Shown piece by piece: positions 55,409 to 64,000 of a DNA stretch of 64,000 nt. Both the position numbers and the translations under genes were made by a program. How positions within the stretch are numbered: the stretch's first letter is position 1; the number at the start of each line of letters is the position of its first letter. The notes under the pieces were generated by a model. It did no database searches. It saw nothing but the letters and a program-made list of their open reading frames with translations, and had not been told where the DNA came from. Origin of the DNA: Escherichia coli (GTDB lineage: Bacteria > Pseudomonadota > Gammaproteobacteria > Enterobacterales > Enterobacteriaceae); NCBI RefSeq assembly GCF_022846255.1, contig NZ_AP025682.1. One strand, written 5' to 3'.

Positions 55409-55632
55409 GTGCGGATTCCTGGGGTTAATGGCTATAAGGGTAAGAGCGCAACTCCAGTGACGTCATCATACGCACTAATCAATGCGGCGCAAGACTGCGA
55501 AATTGTCTTTTTTTACGCTACAATCCCATAAATTTACCTGGTAAATAGTGAGCGAACGTTTCATCAATTTCGCTTTCGTGCGCTCATTTTTAACGTTTTG
55601 ATAATCATGATGAATTCCCGGGAATATAAATT

Positions 55633-56253
55633 ATGAGGTATATAGTTGCCTTAACGGGGGGCATTGGCAGTGGCAAGAGTACCGTTGCCAATGCGTTTGC
55701 TGATCTCGGAATTAACGTCATTGATGCCGATATTATTGCGCGTCAGGTGGTTGAACCAGGTGCACCTGCGCTACATGCCATTGCTGATCACTTTGGCGCT
55801 AACATGATTGCTGCTGATGGAACATTGCAGCGCCGGGCCTTGCGCGAGCGGATCTTCGCCAACCCGGAAGAGAAAAACTGGCTTAACGCCCTGCTGCATC
55901 CGCTGATTCAGCAAGAGACGCAACACCAGATCCAGCGAGCTACTTCCCCCTATGTACTATGGGTTGTGCCATTGCTGGTAGAAAACTCACTGTATAAAAA
56001 AGCGAATCGAGTGCTGGTGGTGGATGTCAGCCCAGAAACGCAACTTAAGCGCACCATGCAGCGCGACGATGTAACTCGCGAGCATGTCGAACAAATCCTT
56101 GCTGCTCAGGCAACGCGCGAAGCTCGCCTTGCCGTGGCAGATGACGTCATTGATAATAACGGCGCACCGGATGCTATCGCATCGGATGTTGCCCGCCTGC
56201 ACGCACACTATTTGCAGCTTGCGTCGCAGTTTGTCTCACAGGAAAAACCGTAA
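55633..56253 (+). CDS. coaE: Dephospho-CoA kinase
   Basis: ORF 55633..56253 (206 aa) [22 protein letters not shown] (P-loop). Confidence 0.92.
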
Positions 56254-56996
56254 TGCAGACCCAGGTCCTTTTTGAACATCCACTAAATGAAAAAATGCGT
56301 ACATGGCTGCGCATTGAGTTTTTGATTCAGCAACTCACCGTTAATTTACCCATCGTTGACCACGCTGGCGCGCTGCATTTCTTCCGTAATGTCAGCGAAT
56401 TACTGGATGTTTTCGAGCGCGGCGAAGTCCGCACTGAGCTGTTGAAAGAACTTGACCGGCAGCAACGTAAACTCCAGACCTGGATTGGCGTGCCCGGCGT
56501 GGACCAGAGCCGTATTGAAGCATTAATTCAGCAGTTAAAAGCGGCGGGGAGCGTATTAATCTCCGCGCCGCGTATCGGGCAATTTCTACGTGAAGATCGT
56601 TTGATTGCTCTGGTGCGTCAGCGACTGAGCATCCCGGGCGGCTGTTGCAGCTTTGATTTACCTACATTGCACATTTGGCTGCATCTACCCCAGGCGCAGC
56701 GCGACAGCCAGGTAGAAACCTGGATTGCCAGCCTGAACCCGCTTACCCAGGCACTTACCATGGTGCTGGATTTAATTCGCCAGTCGGCCCCCTTCCGTAA
56801 ACAAACCAGCCTGAATGGTTTTTATCAGGATAACGGTGGCGATGCCGACTTGCTGCGCCTGAATCTGTCGCTCGATTCACAGCTTTATCCGCAAATTTCC
56901 GGTCATAAGAGCCGTTTTGCCATTCGTTTTATGCCGCTGGACAGTGAAAACGGACAGGTACCAGAACGTCTGGATTTCGAACTGGCCTGTTGCTAA
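56253..56996 (+). CDS. zapD: Cell division protein ZapD (FtsZ-associated)
   Basis: ORF 56253..56996 (247 aa) [28 protein letters not shown]; start overlaps coaE stop by 1 nt (TAATG). Confidence 0.88.
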
Positions 56997-57005
56997 GGAG
57001 TAAAA

Positions 57006-57203
57006 ATGTCAGAAACTATTACGGTGAATTGCCCAACCTGCGGGAAAACGGTGGTGTGGGGTGAAATCAGCCCGTTTCGGCCATTTTGCTCCAAACGTTG
57101 TCAGCTGATCGACCTCGGAGAATGGGCTGCTGAAGAAAAACGAATCCCCAGCAGTGGCGATCTTTCCGAAAGCGATGACTGGAGCGAAGAGCCAAAGCAG
57201 TGA
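57006..57203 (+). CDS. yacG: DNA gyrase inhibitor YacG (zinc-finger protein)
   Basis: ORF 57006..57203 (65 aa) [40 protein letters not shown]; AAGGAG upstream. Confidence 0.88.
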
Positions 57204-57213
57204 CATTCTATCT

Positions 57214-57690
<477 letters not shown>

Positions 57691-57704
57691 TGTCTTAAAC
57701 CTAT

Positions 57705-57732
57705 AAAAAAGGCGCAGAATCCTGCGCCTTTT
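57705..57732 (-). terminator. Intrinsic terminator/attenuator between secA and mutT
   Basis: Stem GGCGCAG / CTGCGCC (57711-57717 / 57722-57728) flanked by AAAAAA (57705-57710) and TTTT (57729-57732); minus strand reads hairpin then TTTTTT. Confidence 0.6.
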
Positions 57733-57749
57733 ACTTCAACTGTTAGCTT

Positions 57750-60455
57750 TTATTGCAGGCGGCCATGGCACTGCTTGTATTTTTTACCAGAACCACACGG
57801 GCAAGGATCGTTACGTCCTACTTTGCGTTCACCGGTTTGCGCCGCCAGTGCAGCTGCGGCTGCAGAGTCGTCATCCTGATGGCTAAGCTGCTGCATTTGC
57901 GCTAAACGCTCGGCTTCCATACGACGCTGTTGTTCCAGCTCCTCAACCTCTTCAGGCATACGTACCTGAACTTTGCTCAGCGTGCTGATAACTTCATATT
58001 TTAACGACTCCAGCATCGCTGCAAACATGGAGAACGATTCACGTTTGTATTCCTGCTTCGGATCTTTCTGTGCATAGCCACGCAGGTGGATACCCTGACG
58101 CAGATAGTCCATCGCAGCCAGGTGCTCTTTCCACAGAGAGTCAAGCGTTTGCAGCATGACGCCTTTCTCGAAGTGACGCATCATCTCAGCACCAACCACT
58201 TCTTCTTTACGCTGATACACTTCGATGGACTGTGCCAGAATGCGCTCACGCAGCGTCTCTTCATGCAGTTCTGGTTCTTTATCCAGCCACTCGGCAATTG
58301 GCAAATCGAGGTCGAAATCGTTCTTCAGACGTTCCTGCAGCCCCGGAATATCCCACATTTCTTCCAGCGACTGTGGCGGAATGTAGGCATCAATGGTGGC
58401 TTTGAACACATCTTCACGAATGCTGTTGATGGTTTCGCTCACATCGCTGACATCCAGCAGTTCGTTACGCTGGGAGTAAATGGCGCGACGCTGATCGTTA
58501 GCCACGTCATCATATTCCAGCAGTTGCTTACGAATGTCGAAGTTACGGCTTTCAACTTTACGCTGGGCGTTGGCAATCGCTTTGGTCACCCACGGGTGCT
58601 CAATGGCTTCGCCTGGCTTCATACCCAGTTTACGCATCATGCCGGATACTCGGTCGGAAGCAAAAATACGCATCAGCGCATCTTCCATCGACAGGTAGAA
58701 ACGGGAAGAACCAGCATCCCCCTGACGACCAGAACGACCGCGCAGCTGGTTATCGATACGACGGGATTCGTGACGTTCAGTACCGATGATATGCAGGCCA
58801 CCTGCTGCCAGTACCGCATCGTGACGTACCTGCCAGTCGGCTTTAATTTTTTCAATTTGCTCTGCAGTCGGATTTTCCAGCGCGGCAACTTCTGCCTGCC
58901 AGCTACCACCGAGCACAATATCGGTACCACGACCCGCCATGTTGGTCGCGATAGTCACCGCAGCCGGGTAACCTGCCTGAGCAACAATCGCCGCTTCGTT
59001 GGCATGGAATTTGGCGTTCAGGACGTTGTGCTTAATACCGGCTTTGGTCAGTTCATTTGACACCAGCTCCGATTTTTCGATGGAGATTGTACCCACCAGC
59101 ACCGGCTGGCCTTTCGCAGTACGTTCTTTGATATCTTCAATGATCGCCTGAATTTTTTCCGCTTCAGTCATGTAGACCAGGTCCGGCAAATCTTTACGAA
59201 TCATTGGACGGTTGGTCGGAACAACGACAGTATCCAGCTTATAGATGGAGCTGAATTCGAAAGCTTCGGTATCAGCAGTACCAGTCATCCCCGCCAGTTT
59301 TTCATACAGACGGAAGTAGTTCTGGAAGGTGATCGAAGCCAGCGTTTGGTTTTCGTTCTGGATCTGCACACCTTCTTTCGCTTCCACAGCCTGGTGCAGA
59401 CCATCGGACCAGCGACGGCCCTGCATGGTACGACCGGTGTGTTCGTCAACGATGATAACTTCACCATCTTTAACGATGTAGTCGACGTCGCGGGTAAACA
59501 GCGCATGAGCGCGCAGCGCCGCCGTTACGTGGTGCATCAGCATGATGTTGGCCGGAGAGTACAGAGACTCACCTTCATCCATGATGCCTTCTTTAACCAG
59601 CAGTTCTTCAATCAGAACCAGACCACGTTCGGTCAGGTTCACCTGGCGAGATTTTTCATCCACCGAGAAGTGGCCTTCGCCCTGGAAGGTTTCGGAGTCT
59701 TCTTTTTCCTGACGGATCAGGTGCGGAATAATTTTATTCACGCGTTTATACATTTCCGAGCTGTCTTCTGCTGGGCCGGAAATGATCAGCGGTGTACGCG
59801 CTTCATCGATGAGGATGGAGTCCACTTCGTCCACCAGCGCATAGTGCAGTTTACGTTGTACACGTTCTTCAGGGCTGAATGCCATGTTGTCGCGCAGGTA
59901 GTCAAAGCCGTATTCGTTGTTCGTACCGTAAGTGATGTCAGCAGCGTAGGCTTCACGCTTTGCCGGTGCTGGCATGCCCGGTAGGTTGATACCGACAGTC
60001 AGGCCAAGGAATTCAAACAGCGGACGGTTGTTTTCGGCGTCACGTTGCGCCAGGTAGTCGTTGACGGTAACTACGTGTACGCCTTTACCGGTTAGTGCGT
60101 TCAGGTAAGCAGGCAGCGTTGCGGTCAGGGTTTTACCTTCACCGGTACGCATTTCGGCGATGCAGCGTTCGTTAAGAACCATACCGCCGAGTAACTGAAC
60201 GTCGAAGTGACGCATGCCAAAGACGCGCTTACTTGCCTCACGCACCACGGCGAAAGCTTCCGGGATCAGATTTTCCAGCACTTCGCCTTTTTCCAGACGC
60301 GCACGAAACTCTGCGGTTTTCCCTTTCAGTTCTTCGTCGGAGAGTTTTTCCATCTCCGGTTCCATGGCATTGATGATGTTGACCACTTTGCGCATCCGGC
60401 GCAGGGTGCGATCGTTACGACTACCGAAAACTTTAGTTAATAATTTGATTAGCAT
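57750..60455 (-). CDS. secA: Protein translocase ATPase SecA
   Basis: ORF 57750..60455 (901 aa) [25 protein letters not shown]; C-terminal zinc-binding [17 protein letters not shown]. Confidence 0.96.
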   Translation of the reverse strand: MLIKLLTKVFGSRNDRTLRRMRKVVNIINAMEPEMEKLSDEELKGKTAEFRARLEKGEVLENLIPEAFAVVREASKRVFGMRHFDVQLLGGMVLNERCIAEMRTGEGKTLTATLPAYLNALTGKGVHVVTVNDYLAQRDAENNRPLFEFLGLTVGINLPGMPAPAKREAYAADITYGTNNEYGFDYLRDNMAFSPEERVQRKLHYALVDEVDSILIDEARTPLIISGPAEDSSEMYKRVNKIIPHLIRQEKEDSETFQGEGHFSVDEKSRQVNLTERGLVLIEELLVKEGIMDEGESLYSPANIMLMHHVTAALRAHALFTRDVDYIVKDGEVIIVDEHTGRTMQGRRWSDGLHQAVEAKEGVQIQNENQTLASITFQNYFRLYEKLAGMTGTADTEAFEFSSIYKLDTVVVPTNRPMIRKDLPDLVYMTEAEKIQAIIEDIKERTAKGQPVLVGTISIEKSELVSNELTKAGIKHNVLNAKFHANEAAIVAQAGYPAAVTIATNMAGRGTDIVLGGSWQAEVAALENPTAEQIEKIKADWQVRHDAVLAAGGLHIIGTERHESRRIDNQLRGRSGRQGDAGSSRFYLSMEDALMRIFASDRVSGMMRKLGMKPGEAIEHPWVTKAIANAQRKVESRNFDIRKQLLEYDDVANDQRRAIYSQRNELLDVSDVSETINSIREDVFKATIDAYIPPQSLEEMWDIPGLQERLKNDFDLDLPIAEWLDKEPELHEETLRERILAQSIEVYQRKEEVVGAEMMRHFEKGVMLQTLDSLWKEHLAAMDYLRQGIHLRGYAQKDPKQEYKRESFSMFAAMLESLKYEVISTLSKVQVRMPEEVEELEQQRRMEAERLAQMQQLSHQDDDSAAAAALAAQTGERKVGRNDPCPCGSGKKYKQCHGRLQ

Positions 60456-60516
60456 AATAAAATCTCAAACGCCCCGCGTTGCGGAGTTAATAAAATGAGG
60501 TAAAGGTTTATTGTTG

Positions 60517-61197
<681 letters not shown>

Positions 61198-61259
61198 TCA
61201 CCTGGCCGGAGAGAGTGCCAGATTTGCCAGTCGAATTTTATACGACAGTATAAATGTCG

Positions 61260-62198
<939 letters not shown>

Positions 62199-62277
62199 CT
62201 ATCCAACCGAAGTGTACTATACATTCGGCGGGCCAGTTTAGCACAAAGAGCCTCGAAACCCAAATTCCAGTCAATTC

Positions 62278-63429
62278 TTAATCAGCTTGCTTACGCAGGA
62301 ATGCTGGGATATCCAGATAATCCGGCTCTTTCGCAGTTTGCGGCGCATTGTCATTCACGACTTTAGCAACCGGCTTCTGCTCCTGGGTCAGCGGAGCCAT
62401 ACCGTGCTGCTGGTAGCGATCCATCACTGGCTGCTGAACCTGCTTATTGGTCACCAGAGTGATTTCAGGACGTTTGTCCATGCCGATACCTGTCGCAACA
62501 ACAGTTACGCGCAGTTCGTCATTCATATCCGGGTCAAGAGAAGTACCGATAACCACGGTCGCGTTGTCGGAAGCAAATGCACGGATGGTGTTACCTACCG
62601 TTTCGAACTCATCCAGACGCAGGTCGAAGCCCGCTGTGATGTTTACCAGTACGCCGCGTGCGCCAGACAGGTCGATATCTTCCAGCAGCGGAGAAGAGAT
62701 AGCCATTTCAGCAGCTTCTTCCGCACGGTCTTCACCGCTCGCCACGCCAGAACCCATCATTGCGTAGCCCATTTCAGACATTACGGTGCGTACGTCTGCA
62801 AAGTCCACGTTCATCAAACCCGGACGAGTAATCAGTTCGGCGATACCTTGCACAGCGCCTTTCAGTACATCGTTCGCTGCGCCAAACGCATCCAGCAGGG
62901 AGATACCACGGCCCAGAACTTTCAGCAGTTTGTCGTTCGGGATAGTGATCAGAGAGTCCACATGCTTGGACAGTTCAGTGATCCCCTGCTCCGCGAATGC
63001 CATACGCTTCTTGCCTTCAAAGTTGAAGGGCTTAGTGACGACAGCAACGGTCAGGATACCCAAATCTTTTGCCACTTCAGCGACGACTGGTGCTGCACCT
63101 GTACCGGTACCACCACCCATACCCGCAGCAATAAAGACCATGTCTGCACCTTCCAGCGCCGCACGCAGTGCATCGCGATCCTCATCAGCCGCATTGCGGC
63201 CAACTTCTGGATTAGCGCCAGCTCCCAGTCCTTTGGTGATACCGCTACCGATTTGAATCGTCTGTCCAACCGCTGTTTTACGCAGCGCTTGTGCATCGGT
63301 ATTTACCGCGAAGAATTCAACACCTTCAATGCGCTCGCGCACCATGTGTTCAACAGCATTACCGCCGCCGCCGCCGACGCCGATGACTTTAATCACCGCG
63401 TCATTGGTAAGTTCCATTGGTTCAAACAT
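62278..63429 (-). CDS. ftsZ: Cell division GTPase FtsZ
   Basis: ORF 62278..63429 (383 aa) [30 protein letters not shown]; tubulin signature [10 protein letters not shown]; C-terminal [14 protein letters not shown]. Confidence 0.96.
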
Positions 63430-63489
63430 AGTTTCTCTCCGATTTGTGCCTGTCGCCTGAGGCCGTAATCATCGTCGGCCTCATAAAAA

Positions 63490-64000
63490 TTAAAACTCTT
63501 TTCGCAGCCAACTATTGAGTCGCTTGATCCACGAGCCAACTGATGCTGTAACACGTTTTTCTACTTCAGCTTCACCGTTAAGATGTGACTCTTTCCCGTA
63601 ATGAAGCAATCCCACCGCCGTCGAATAATACGGCTCCTGAGCATAATCCGTTAAACCGGTAATGTTCAGCGGCGCGCCGATACGCACCTGCGTATGAAAC
63701 ACGCGCTGAGCACAGGCTGCAAGACCTTCGATCTGCGCTGCGCCACCGGTTAATACAATGCCTGCCGCCAGGTGATGTTTAACCCCTTGTTGGCGAAGCT
63801 TTTCCTGCAACTGCAATATCTCTTCGTTGACCAGATTGAGCAGCTCGGTATAGCGCGGCTCGATCACCTCTGCCAGGGTCTGACGTTGCAGACTCCGCGG
63901 CGGACGACCGCCTACGCTCGGCACTTCCACGCTCTCATCTTTTCCAACGATGGAGCCCAGCGCACAACCGTGGCGAACTTTAATCGCTTCGGCGTCACTT
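63490..64000 (-). CDS. ftsA: Cell division protein FtsA, C-terminal ~170 codons (5' part lies beyond the right window edge)
   Basis: Minus-strand frame open from the window end to stop at 63490; C-terminus ...VGSWIKRLNSWLRKEF (membrane-targeting amphipathic helix). Confidence 0.9.
   Translation of the reverse strand, partial: SDAEAIKVRHGCALGSIVGKDESVEVPSVGGRPPRSLQRQTLAEVIEPRYTELLNLVNEEILQLQEKLRQQGVKHHLAAGIVLTGGAAQIEGLAACAQRVFHTQVRIGAPLNITGLTDYAQEPYYSTAVGLLHYGKESHLNGEAEVEKRVTASVGSWIKRLNSWLRKEF

Noticed and set aside
58086-59984. ORFs of 324 aa and 212 aa on the plus strand within secA
   Set aside because: Antisense to secA, with no independent support (no RBS, low-complexity translation).

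Overview
This window is enterobacterial core chromosome of the Escherichia coli type, in reverse orientation relative to the usual K-12 map. It runs from the 5' part of fhuA through mrcB, hrpB, thpR, sfsA, dksA-gluQ, pcnB-folK, the cryptic yad chaperone-usher fimbrial operon (yadN-yadV-htrE-yadMLKC), panB-panC, yadD (rpnC), panD, yadE, yadI-yadHG, can, hpt, gcd, cueO, yacC, speE-speD, yacL, acnB, yacH, the pyruvate dehydrogenase cluster (pdhR-aceE-aceF-lpd), aroP, ampD-ampE, nadC, ppdD-hofB-hofC, guaC, coaE-zapD-yacG, mutT, secM-secA, lpxC and ftsZ to the 3' end of ftsA. About 60 tightly packed protein-coding genes; I found no rRNA, tRNA, CRISPR array, insertion sequence, integrase or prophage. 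Non-coding content is three REP/BIME clusters, several intrinsic terminator hairpins and a few recognisable operator sites (CueR, PdhR, Fur-like). I do not find a convincing previously undescribed system. The most notable observations are: aceF encodes two rather than three lipoyl domains (real allele or assembly collapse); the dksA terminator overlaps the gluQ start codon; pcnB starts at AUU; the yad fimbrial operon sits behind a ~360-bp AT-rich leader; and yacH carries a His/Asp-rich tract plus 96-bp tandem coding repeats. All gene identities rest on my recall of protein sequences and gene order, not on a database search. Start codons were placed by N-terminal recognition and ribosome-binding-site inspection; motif coordinates may be off by a base or two.
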